Part shown: positions 29,348 through 38,675 of the stretch, one piece after another | Layout of the letters: every line of letters starts with the position of its first letter | How positions within the stretch are numbered: the first letter of the stretch is position 1 | From: a bacterium | GTDB lineage: Bacteria > Hinthialibacterota > Hinthialibacteria > Hinthialibacterales > Hinthialibacteraceae | Assembly (NCBI GenBank): GCA_963663405.2 | Contig: CAXXSM010000149.1 | Span: 1-64,000, forward strand | Reading direction: 5' to 3' | DNA: 64,000 nt | Notes under the pieces: model-generated | Told to the model about the DNA's origin: nothing | The model's database searches: none | The model's input: the letters and a program-made list of their open reading frames with translations, nothing else | Position numbers and translations under genes: made by a program

Positions 29348-31594
29348 ATGCGCTTTTTCTCGCGTTCACAAATTTGGTTCTGTATTCTTGGATTCGTTGT
29401 TACATTTCAATTTGTTCCTGGTGTTTTGTATGCGGATGTGATCTGGTCCCGCGTCAGCTCGATCGCGGGAGAGATACCTGTTCCCAATCCGGGATCTCAG
29501 CAGACCTGCTGCGTGGTGTTGGATATTGATAAGGATGGGAACGATGATTTTGTGATAGGGGAACGAACGCAGACGCCTTCTTTTGTTTGGTACCGGTTTA
29601 ATGGGCGGACATGGGAGCGGCATGTGATCGACGAAAGTCCATTGAAACCGGAAGCGGGTGGGGATGTGGCGGATGTGGATGGCGATGGAGACATCGATCT
29701 GATTTTTGGGCAAGACGCGAGCGGGAATCAGATGTGGTGGTGGGAGAATCCATATCCAGACTTTTCAAAACCTTGGACACGAAGATGGATTAAAAATGGG
29801 GACGCGAATAAACATCACGATCAAACCGTCGCTGATTATGATGGTGATGGGGATGACGAATTGGTTTCGTGGAACCAAAGAGGGAAGAAACTCCTTCTTT
29901 TTGAATTCCCCGAAAATCCAAGAACGTTGGATTCATGGCCGTCTCAGACTATTTTTTCTTGGGATTCTGAAAATGAACTGGAGGGATTCCCATCATTGCC
30001 GGTGGATGTGGATTTGGATGGCCAAGTGGACATTGTTGGCGGTGGCCGTTGGTTCAAGCACAAGGGGGGATATGATTTTGAATCGAATTTGATTGATGAC
30101 ACGATGCGGTTTACGCAATGCGCGGCGGGCCAATTGATACTAGGGGGGCGTCCGGAAATTGTGTTTTCTCCGGGCGATATGGATGGGTATATAAAATGGT
30201 ATGAATGGAAAGGAGATCAATGGATCGCGCATACGCTTCGTTACATCCATCATGGACATACTTGTGAAATACGCGACATCGATGGGGATGGATATCTTGA
30301 TATATTTATCGGTGAAATGGGACAGCCGGGCGCGGCGGATAATGCGAAGATTTACATTTGGTATGGGAATGGGAAGGGGGAATTTAAAGAAACCATCGCT
30401 TATCAGGGGCAAGGAATCCATGAAGGGAAATTAGGAGATTTTGATGGCGATGGAGATTTGGATATTCTCGTCAAACCATATCATCATAAATCCCCCCGCG
30501 TGGATATTCTGATCAATCAGGGAACGCATAGACTACCCTTGAACAAATGGAAACGGCGCCAACTTGCGGATCTGCCCGCGCGGGCCATGTTCGCTGAGGC
30601 AGGGGATTTGGATAATGATGGAAATATCGATATCGCGGCCGGCGGTTGGTGGTGGAAAAATCCAGGCGATCTAAGCGGGACGTGGGAACAGAAAACGATT
30701 GGTGAGCCTTTCCGAAATCTGACATTGCTTCATGATTTTGACGGTGACGCGGATCTGGATATCCTTGGCACGCAAGGCGTTGGCAGTGAGAAGAATCACA
30801 ATCATGTTTGGGCGCGAAATGACGGGATGGGCTCCTTCACTATTATGGAGAACATTGAAACCGGTGGCGATGGGGATTTTCTGCAAGGCCGTTTGATTGA
30901 GAATTTTGGACCTGGCAAGCAAATCTGGCTTTCATGGCATAACGCGGGGGGAGGGATTCAGGCGATTACCGTTCCCACTAAACCTAGTGAAAATAGATGG
31001 CCGTTTTCAACGATTTGTGAATTGACTGAAAAAGAAGATTTAGACGCTGGGGATATCGATGGCGATGGTGATCTCGATGTTCTCATTGGATTGCATTGGC
31101 TCCAAAACAACGAAGGCGAATGGAAAGCGCATCGGCTTGGAACGATCCCGGAAGGGGAAGCCGACCGCTTCGATCTGGTTGATGTGAATGGGGATTATCG
31201 TCTTGACGTTGTGATGGGGCTTGAGTTGAGCCAAGATGTTTTCTGGTTTGAAGCGCCAAAAGATCCAACAATGGAATGGACGCGCCATCCAATCGGCAAA
31301 ATCACCGGTCAGGGCTTCAGTATGGACACTAGAGATTTTGACAATGACGGCGATCCTGATGTTGTGATTGGCGAACATCGTGGGGAAGGAGTCAACCGTG
31401 TTATTCTTTTAGAAAATACGCAACAGGGAGCCGTCTGGAAACAACATATCATTGATTCTGATCCCACCGATCAGATCGATCATCATGATGGGACGCAAGC
31501 GGTCGATATTGATTTCGATGGGGATCTCGACATTATTTCGCTTGGTTGGTACAACCCCAAATTGTGGCTGTATGAGAATTTGGCGATTGAGTGA
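29348..31594 (+). CDS. Secreted FG-GAP/VCBS repeat protein (two beta-propellers)
   Basis: Many D.DGDGD.D calcium-blade motifs with W.ENP; signal peptide; AAGGAG RBS before ATG 29348. Confidence 0.9.
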   Translation: MRFFSRSQIWFCILGFVVTFQFVPGVLYADVIWSRVSSIAGEIPVPNPGSQQTCCVVLDIDKDGNDDFVIGERTQTPSFVWYRFNGRTWERHVIDESPLKPEAGGDVADVDGDGDIDLIFGQDASGNQMWWWENPYPDFSKPWTRRWIKNGDANKHHDQTVADYDGDGDDELVSWNQRGKKLLLFEFPENPRTLDSWPSQTIFSWDSENELEGFPSLPVDVDLDGQVDIVGGGRWFKHKGGYDFESNLIDDTMRFTQCAAGQLILGGRPEIVFSPGDMDGYIKWYEWKGDQWIAHTLRYIHHGHTCEIRDIDGDGYLDIFIGEMGQPGAADNAKIYIWYGNGKGEFKETIAYQGQGIHEGKLGDFDGDGDLDILVKPYHHKSPRVDILINQGTHRLPLNKWKRRQLADLPARAMFAEAGDLDNDGNIDIAAGGWWWKNPGDLSGTWEQKTIGEPFRNLTLLHDFDGDADLDILGTQGVGSEKNHNHVWARNDGMGSFTIMENIETGGDGDFLQGRLIENFGPGKQIWLSWHNAGGGIQAITVPTKPSENRWPFSTICELTEKEDLDAGDIDGDGDLDVLIGLHWLQNNEGEWKAHRLGTIPEGEADRFDLVDVNGDYRLDVVMGLELSQDVFWFEAPKDPTMEWTRHPIGKITGQGFSMDTRDFDNDGDPDVVIGEHRGEGVNRVILLENTQQGAVWKQHIIDSDPTDQIDHHDGTQAVDIDFDGDLDIISLGWYNPKLWLYENLAIE

Positions 31595-31805
31595 GAAGGG
31601 AATCATTTTACACTTCCGATAACCGCTTGACATAACATAACCGTCATTCTCCTTTCCAATAATTGATTATCCGCATACTTCAAACGCGAATATCTGTTTC
31701 CAAGAAATCAAAATCCGTTTTTATCAATGGTGTTAAAACCGTTTACAGAAAAAGGAAAACCATTGTAGAATCGAGTTCAATCCCAATCGAGAAAGAAAGA
31801 GAATT

Positions 31806-34682
31806 ATGATACGAAACATTGTTTGCACGTTCTTCATTTTTATAGCGGCTTTTCTGTATTCTCCCATTGAAACATCGTATTCATCAGAATTATCGCTGGA
31901 GGAAGGATTCGTGAATCCCCCACGAAGCGCGGGAGTGCGCTGTTGGTGGTGGTGGCTGAATAGTAATGTCACCAAGGAAGCGATTACCCGTGATTTGGAA
32001 GCAATGAAGTCAAAAGGATTCAGCGGGGCGATGCTTTTTGACGCGGGGGGCGCTGAGCAACGGGGGAATAGCCAAGTTCCACCCGGACCGACTTTCGGCA
32101 GTCCAGAATGGCGTGAACTGTATAAACACGCTCTGAAAGAAGCGGAGCGGTTAGGTTTGGTTTTGGGGCTTTCGATCCAGAGCGGTTGGAATCTGGGGGG
32201 GCCGAATGTGACGCCTGATTTTGCGGCTAAACAGTTGACATTTTCTGAAATCGATATTGCGGGACCGGCGAAATACAATAAGAAACTTCCTTTGCCAAAG
32301 ACGAGAAACGATTTCTATCAAGATATCCGTGTTTTGGCGTTTCCAAAAAAGGCGTCAGAAAAAGCAGCTCCCATTCGTGATCTACAATTGAAATCCATGT
32401 ACCGGGAATTGGGTGGGTCCGCTCCCGACTGCCGGTTTTTGCTTGATGATATACCGGGTACGCCCGGGGAGGCGGATGTCCGTCTCAATGAGATTCGTGA
32501 TATTTCGGATTGCTTGAATACAGATGGCGTTCTTACTTGGGATGTTCCACAGGGGGAATGGATTGTGCTGCGTTTCGGCGCCACGCTGACAGGAGCGCAT
32601 GTCTCCACGTACAGCGCGGATTGGCATGGAATGGTGATTGACTATTTAAAGAAAGAACCGTTTCAGCGGTATTGGGATGAAGTAGTAGCGCCTTTGATTG
32701 AAGACGCCGGTCCTTTGGTTGGGTGTGTGTTGCAGCAGCTGGAAACGGATAGTTGGGAATGTGGGGGGATGAATTGGACGGAGGGATTTGAAGATGAATT
32801 TATGCGTTTCCGAGGGTACGATCCAATTCCATACCTGCCGATTTTTGCTGGAAAAATTGTTGAAAGCCGGGAGATCAGCAACTGCTTTCTCGCAGATTTT
32901 CGAAAAACGCTGGGGGATTGTGTCGCGGAGAATCATTACGGTCAATTCGCCCATCTAGCTCATCAGCTGAATCTCGAAATCCAGCCGGAATCGGGCGGGC
33001 CTCACGCGGGGCCGTTTGACGCGATGAAAAATCTTGGGAAAAACGATATTGTCATGGGGGAATTCTGGGTTCCTTCCCCCCACCGGCCGAAACCGGAAAA
33101 CCGGTTCTTTATCAAGCAGTCATCTTCTGTCGCGCACATCTATGGGAAGCGGTATGTGGGGGCGGAATCGTTTACTTCTATTGGGCCGCATTGGGATGAC
33201 GTTCTTTGGAAATCGCAGAAACCCAGCGCGGATCATGAATTCTGTTCGGGACTCAATATGATCTTTTTCCATACCTTTACCTGTTCACCAAAAGAGATGG
33301 GGCTTCCTGGGCAGGAGTATTTCGCTGGAACGCATATCAATCCGCAAGTGACGTGGTGGGAATATTCCGGCGCGTTTATTACGTATCTGAACCGGTGTCA
33401 TTATCTATTTCAGCAAGGCCGGTTTGTGGCTGACGTTCTGTATTATTATGGCGATCACGCGCCGAATTTGGTTCGTCTCAAAGAAGACGATCCAGCAGGG
33501 GCGCTGCCCGGTTTTGATTACGATGTGACCAATGAAGAGATTGTTTTGCAGTTAATCGTCGATGATGGTTTGATTGTGGTTCCTGGTGGCGTTCAATATC
33601 AGATACTCGTTCTGCCGGACCACAAAGTTCTTTCGCTGGCGGTTCTTGAAAAAGTGGATGAATTACTCAAAGACGGCGCTGTTGTTGTTGGCCCTAAGCC
33701 AGAACGTCTTGTCAGTTTGGTTGGCGGTGAAGAAAGTCAGAGTAAGTTCAAAAGAATCGCTAACAAACTATGGGGAGTGGATCCGGCTCCGATTGGTGAA
33801 AAGCCGATTGGCAAAGGTCAATTGATCTGGGGAAAGTCAGCGCGTGAAGTGTTATTGGAACTGGATCGATCACCGGATTGCATGGTTGAGAATGCAAAAC
33901 AATGTGTGGATTATGATTACATCCATTATACAATCGATGGCGCTGATGTTTATTATGTGTGTAACCAAACCGAAACGCCACTTGCTATGAATTGTGTGTT
34001 CCGGATTCAAGGCAGGCAGCCGGAATTATGGGATCCCATTTCTGGTGAAATTCGGGTATTGGAGGCTTTTTCACAACGTGATGGGGGGATGGAGATTCCT
34101 CTTCGTTTTACGCCTTATGGATCATGGTTTGTTGTCTTTCGTCAATCGATTCCTCAAAACAAGCAGGGAACTCAAAAGAGTAATTTTAATGAATACAAAA
34201 TGATCCAGCCGATCGATGGTCCTTGGACGCTGCATTTTGATCCAGAGTGGGGAGGGCCGGAAGAAGTTACGTTTAATGACTTGATTAGTTGGACGGATCA
34301 TTCCAATCCGGGAATTAAATATTATTCGGGAAAAGCTACGTATGCGAAACGCTTTGATTTTTTGTATCCCCAAAAAACAACAAAGCGTTTCTGGATTGAT
34401 TTAGGGTTGGTGAAGGATGTCGGAATCGCCGCAGTCCGGTTGAATGGAAAAGAATTAGGGATCGTATGGACGCCACCGTTTCGCATAGAATGCACGGATG
34501 CTTTGCGTGCGGGTGAAAATCAACTTGAAATCGATGTGATCAACTCATGGCGCAACCGGCTGATCGGCGATCGTGAATTGCCGGAAGAGAAACGATTGAC
34601 GAAAACGAATATTACAGTGCGGCCGGATTGGAAATTGATGGATTCGGGATTATTGGGGCCTGTGGTGATTTTATCGGAATGA
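31806..34682 (+). CDS. Glycoside hydrolase family 106 (alpha-L-rhamnosidase-like)
   Basis: F.NPP.SA...WWWWLN.NVTKEAITRDLEAMK.KG, SGWNLGGP, TDSWE, GEFW, AESFT, PELWDP, KYYSG.A.Y, N.W.NRLIGD, SGLLGPV. Confidence 0.9.
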   Translation: MIRNIVCTFFIFIAAFLYSPIETSYSSELSLEEGFVNPPRSAGVRCWWWWLNSNVTKEAITRDLEAMKSKGFSGAMLFDAGGAEQRGNSQVPPGPTFGSPEWRELYKHALKEAERLGLVLGLSIQSGWNLGGPNVTPDFAAKQLTFSEIDIAGPAKYNKKLPLPKTRNDFYQDIRVLAFPKKASEKAAPIRDLQLKSMYRELGGSAPDCRFLLDDIPGTPGEADVRLNEIRDISDCLNTDGVLTWDVPQGEWIVLRFGATLTGAHVSTYSADWHGMVIDYLKKEPFQRYWDEVVAPLIEDAGPLVGCVLQQLETDSWECGGMNWTEGFEDEFMRFRGYDPIPYLPIFAGKIVESREISNCFLADFRKTLGDCVAENHYGQFAHLAHQLNLEIQPESGGPHAGPFDAMKNLGKNDIVMGEFWVPSPHRPKPENRFFIKQSSSVAHIYGKRYVGAESFTSIGPHWDDVLWKSQKPSADHEFCSGLNMIFFHTFTCSPKEMGLPGQEYFAGTHINPQVTWWEYSGAFITYLNRCHYLFQQGRFVADVLYYYGDHAPNLVRLKEDDPAGALPGFDYDVTNEEIVLQLIVDDGLIVVPGGVQYQILVLPDHKVLSLAVLEKVDELLKDGAVVVGPKPERLVSLVGGEESQSKFKRIANKLWGVDPAPIGEKPIGKGQLIWGKSAREVLLELDRSPDCMVENAKQCVDYDYIHYTIDGADVYYVCNQTETPLAMNCVFRIQGRQPELWDPISGEIRVLEAFSQRDGGMEIPLRFTPYGSWFVVFRQSIPQNKQGTQKSNFNEYKMIQPIDGPWTLHFDPEWGGPEEVTFNDLISWTDHSNPGIKYYSGKATYAKRFDFLYPQKTTKRFWIDLGLVKDVGIAAVRLNGKELGIVWTPPFRIECTDALRAGENQLEIDVINSWRNRLIGDRELPEEKRLTKTNITVRPDWKLMDSGLLGPVVILSE

Positions 34683-34704
34683 TCGAAATGGACGTATTAT
34701 ATGT

Positions 34705-35799
34705 ATGGTGATAGATATGAAAATTGGATGGGTAAATATCAGTTGTCTATTCATCATTATTGTTTGTCTATTTGATATCGTTTTAGGGGATGAATCAACT
34801 GGACTTTCTGCACGTTCAACGAATGACAGTAATCCTATCGATCTTTGGTATGGATCTAAACAGCGTTTTGGCGATCTTGGAAAGCCGCAGCGCTGGATCA
34901 ATGTTCTAGGAAATCTGAAACAGGCTTCGAAATATAACAAACTTACATTTTCACTAAATGGAGGAGGCGAACGTAATCTATCTCTTGGATGTGATCTTCA
35001 CCGCCTTGCGCGGGATGGGGATTTTAATGTTGAACTGAGCTGTGATGAAGTGAAAGTTGGAACGAATCAATTATCTCTTACCGCCTATTCGAATGCAGGT
35101 AAAACATACAAGCGCGCTGTTACACTTCTTGTGAAGAAGAACCAAAAATGGCCGTTGCCATATGAGATTGATTTCAGTAAGGTGGAGAATCTGCCGAGTG
35201 TGGTTCAGATTGTTGATGGAAAGTGGTGTTTAACCCACGCAGGCGTTCGGACGGTTGAACCATATTATGATCGTGTGCTGAGCATGGGAGATCAATTATG
35301 GACAAATTATGAAACCACTGTAAGGTTGACTGTCCATGATTTTACTCCACCAAAGAAAGGGCCTCCTACGTATAATGTCACTCATTTTGGAGTCGCGTTC
35401 CGGTGGCGGGGGCATACACAGGATGGTCTGCAACCGAGCCGGAGATGGTATCCCTTGGGAGCGCAAGGGGAATTTTTAGTGCGGAACAATTTATCGGATT
35501 GTCAGTATCGGATTTTGTTTGGGGGTGGAAAAAATTGGGAGCCGGTCTATTCACCCAAAAGAAATCTCATTCAACTTGACAAACCAATTCTCATCAAAGC
35601 GCAGGTAACGACAATGGATGATGGGCGTTCTCGATATCGATTCAAACAATGGAATGAGCAGGAGTCTGAACCTGAGGTATGGGATGTTGAGGGCTATGAA
35701 GATCCTTCAACCGATTATCCATCAGGTTCGTTATGTTTGGTTCCCCATAATACTGATGTTACGATTCATCATGTGCGGATCGTCTCGCTGAACGATTGA
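34705..35799 (+). CDS. Secreted hypothetical protein (Ig-like plus concanavalin/LamG-like domain)
   Basis: Long ORF co-oriented with the GH106 gene, N-terminal hydrophobic signal, beta-rich sequence. Confidence 0.65.
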   Translation: MVIDMKIGWVNISCLFIIIVCLFDIVLGDESTGLSARSTNDSNPIDLWYGSKQRFGDLGKPQRWINVLGNLKQASKYNKLTFSLNGGGERNLSLGCDLHRLARDGDFNVELSCDEVKVGTNQLSLTAYSNAGKTYKRAVTLLVKKNQKWPLPYEIDFSKVENLPSVVQIVDGKWCLTHAGVRTVEPYYDRVLSMGDQLWTNYETTVRLTVHDFTPPKKGPPTYNVTHFGVAFRWRGHTQDGLQPSRRWYPLGAQGEFLVRNNLSDCQYRILFGGGKNWEPVYSPKRNLIQLDKPILIKAQVTTMDDGRSRYRFKQWNEQESEPEVWDVEGYEDPSTDYPSGSLCLVPHNTDVTIHHVRIVSLND

Positions 35800-35962
35800 T
35801 CCTTCCCGCTTATCTGATTTTCTATTATTTTTTTTCTGCCTAATTTGAAATCCATGATATAGTGAATGGAGGAATCGTGTGGCTCATTTCTGGTGGGTAT
35901 ATTGTTGATCGGAAAGAGCCGGAATTCTTTTTTTATTATTTGACATGTGATTTCAAAATCTT

Positions 35963-38182
35963 ATGAGCTTAGTCATATTCTTTGCAATCAAGGAGTCAAA
36001 AATCGTGAAATGCAATACAGCGATTATTGGAGTTTTACTATTGTTTTCGGCTGTGATTGGCGCCACGTTTCCGTTGCATATCTTTCCGCAGAGCGTCCAG
36101 GGCGAACTCGTTTTTGTGGAGCCGTTTGAAACGAATGTGATGGATAGTGGTTGGGATATCATCGATAATGGGGGAGCGGTTGCGGAGATATTGGGACCCA
36201 TCGCGCCGGGTGTGGATGGTGGTTCAGCCGTTGAAATCAGCGTGAATACGCCGTCAGATGTCTCATTGAATCACGTGCAGTTTTACAATGAATCGATTCC
36301 CCTTCCCGAGAATTCCACACAATACGATTGGCGTGTGACTTTTTGGATTCGGACCGAGACCGCGCCATTCACCATTCGGACAATCTTGGCTATGGGGGAA
36401 AGTCCCTGGAGTGGAGTGGATGTGGACTACATAGTAGAAACGGCGGGGCAATGGGAATTCGTGGATGTCATTTTGGATGCAAGTGATTTTCTTACGACCG
36501 ATCCCCTTTTATTGACGCTGCATATGGGGAATTCTGGAGACTCGAATGGAGATAATGAGATTTGGATAGACGATTTGAAATTGTATCTTCTAAGTCCAAT
36601 GGAAATGCCCACTCCAACACAAGAACCGGCTCCTTCCCCTGTTCAAACGGTTTCAGCGTGTGAACCAGGATATGACTTGGTATATATATTTCATTGTAAG
36701 AGTCAAGATGAGTATATTGAAATTCCAGGGGGTTATGTTGTGGGCGCTCCGGGCGGACTTGTGGAAGTGACAACAATCCCAGATGATCCTGACAGCGCTA
36801 GTGATATGAGGGGTGTCAAAATTACAGCCAGTCCGGGAGAGATATCATTCCTGCAGTTTGACACAGTCGATATTGGAAATGATATGGCGTTCATCCGGGC
36901 GTATGTGCAGTCGGCTGGTTCGGGCGCGCAAGTGGCGCTGGCGTCATTGGACGGTTCGATGGATCGATCGATCGCCACTGTCATTCCGAATGACAGTGCA
37001 ATTTTCAAGGACCGCTATCACTGCATGCCTTTGATCTTTGATCCACCGGGAACATCGGTGGCTCCCGTTTTTCAGGTCGCTAATTCTGGGGTGAACGATG
37101 TAATCCTCTATCTCGATCGGGTGGAAGTGTACCGGATTTTGGAAGATGGCTATGTGCCTAGCGCATTTCTGCGTGGAAACATGCTCGGTCCAATTCCCAC
37201 AAATACTCCGGTTATTGCACCAACCGAGATTCCTACTGTTCCCCCGATCCAAACGCCTACTGATACTATTACGCCAGTTCCACCGGAAGTCGCTGTCAAT
37301 AAGATCGCGGGCTGTCAGATTTTTCCTGCGAATAATATTTGGAATGCGCGTGTCGATCATTTGCCGGTCGATTCCCGATCGGACGCCTATATTGAATCCA
37401 TTGGTCCAAACACCGGATTGCATCCAGATTTCGGGAGTGGAACATGGGCGGACGCGCCGATTGGAATTCCTTATATTGATGTTCCTGGAGATCAACCGCT
37501 CGTTCCGGTTACATTTGAGTATGCTGATGAAAGCGATCCCGGCCCCTATCCCATTCCCGCCGATCCACCGATCGAAGGAGGGCCCGATAGCGCGGGAGAC
37601 CGGCATATTCTCATGATCGATCGTGATAATTGTATATTGTATGAACTCTATTCCACCTATCCGAATAATGATGGAACATGGCGCGCGGGTTCAGGCGCGA
37701 TTTTTGATCTTCAGTCCAACGTACTCCGGCCGGATGGATGGACCTCGGCGGACGCGGCGGGATTGCCCATTTTACCAGGACTCGCGCGGTATGAAGAAGT
37801 GGAAGCGGGTGAGATCACTCACGCTCTTCGTTTTACTTGTGCGCGAACAAGGCGGGATTATGTTTGGCCGGCACGGCATTTCGCTTCGCAACGAACGGAT
37901 CTGTCAATTCCCCCGATGGGACAGCGGTTCCGGTTGAAATCTTCATTTGATGTTTCTTCGTATTCCTATCAAATCCAAGTGATCCTCAACGCATTGAAGA
38001 AATACGGTATGATTTTAGCTGATAATGGAAGCGACTGGTATATCAGCGGCGCGCCCCATGAAGGATGGGATAACGATCAACTGGTGAGTGAATTACGCAC
38101 TGTGCATGGATCGAATTTCGAAGCGGTGGATGTATCCAGTGTGATAGTGGATTATGATTCTGGAGAAGTGGTAGCTCCATGA
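35963..38182 (+). CDS. Secreted modular protein: CBM-like domain, shared unnamed domain, P/T linkers and conserved uncharacterised C-terminal domain
   Basis: Signal peptide; ...EIWIDDLKLY; P/T linkers; C-terminal FPANNIWN, YADESDPGPYPIP, GDRH, DAAGLPILPGL.RYEEV, HALRFT, YGMILADNG. Confidence 0.75.
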   Translation: MSLVIFFAIKESKIVKCNTAIIGVLLLFSAVIGATFPLHIFPQSVQGELVFVEPFETNVMDSGWDIIDNGGAVAEILGPIAPGVDGGSAVEISVNTPSDVSLNHVQFYNESIPLPENSTQYDWRVTFWIRTETAPFTIRTILAMGESPWSGVDVDYIVETAGQWEFVDVILDASDFLTTDPLLLTLHMGNSGDSNGDNEIWIDDLKLYLLSPMEMPTPTQEPAPSPVQTVSACEPGYDLVYIFHCKSQDEYIEIPGGYVVGAPGGLVEVTTIPDDPDSASDMRGVKITASPGEISFLQFDTVDIGNDMAFIRAYVQSAGSGAQVALASLDGSMDRSIATVIPNDSAIFKDRYHCMPLIFDPPGTSVAPVFQVANSGVNDVILYLDRVEVYRILEDGYVPSAFLRGNMLGPIPTNTPVIAPTEIPTVPPIQTPTDTITPVPPEVAVNKIAGCQIFPANNIWNARVDHLPVDSRSDAYIESIGPNTGLHPDFGSGTWADAPIGIPYIDVPGDQPLVPVTFEYADESDPGPYPIPADPPIEGGPDSAGDRHILMIDRDNCILYELYSTYPNNDGTWRAGSGAIFDLQSNVLRPDGWTSADAAGLPILPGLARYEEVEAGEITHALRFTCARTRRDYVWPARHFASQRTDLSIPPMGQRFRLKSSFDVSSYSYQIQVILNALKKYGMILADNGSDWYISGAPHEGWDNDQLVSELRTVHGSNFEAVDVSSVIVDYDSGEVVAP

Positions 38183-38264
38183 TTATATTTGTGTTGGTTG
38201 AGTTTTGATATTTTATCCTGCCTATGAGTAATCGGCTAGTTGAAAAATGGCAATTCAAAAATAT

Positions 38265-38511
38265 GGTTCATCCGGTAATTGAGTACAAAAATCATTTTGG
38301 AAATTGCGATCTTTGTTCAGGATGGCTTAATCGTCTGAACCCTGATTCTAAGGATTATGAGATTACCATGATTTAAAAATCAAGATAATCATGCAAATCA
38401 AGTAAATCAAGGTTCAGACAATAAGGATCCTGACATAGCAGCACTAGGCTTCAAAATTTCCAGCAAAAGTGAATGGATTGTTATGAAAAGTACTCACTTG
38501 CTGGATGAGCC
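38265..38511. mobile_element. MITE-like element, copy 2 (inverted orientation)
   Basis: ggttcatccggtaattgagtac ... gtactcacttgctggatgagcc TIRs; reverse-complement homolog of copies 1 and 3; no clear target duplication. Confidence 0.85.
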
Positions 38512-38675
38512 TTCAACATTTTCTGAATCACATTTCTTATATCATTCATAACTAATGGTAGGGTTTTTACTACCATAAAATGGATACTTTTCCTACTAGA
38601 CATGTAGTGAATATATCCATACAGTTTCTACACTGCTCTACGAGCAGAGAATCTATTTCTATGAAAGAGAGAAGA

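Noticed and set aside
36944-37606. Long antisense ORFs (also 22036-22659, 31733-32278, 49728-50360)
   Set aside because: Each lies almost entirely opposite a well-supported gene and has no motifs; explained by codon bias on the coding strand.
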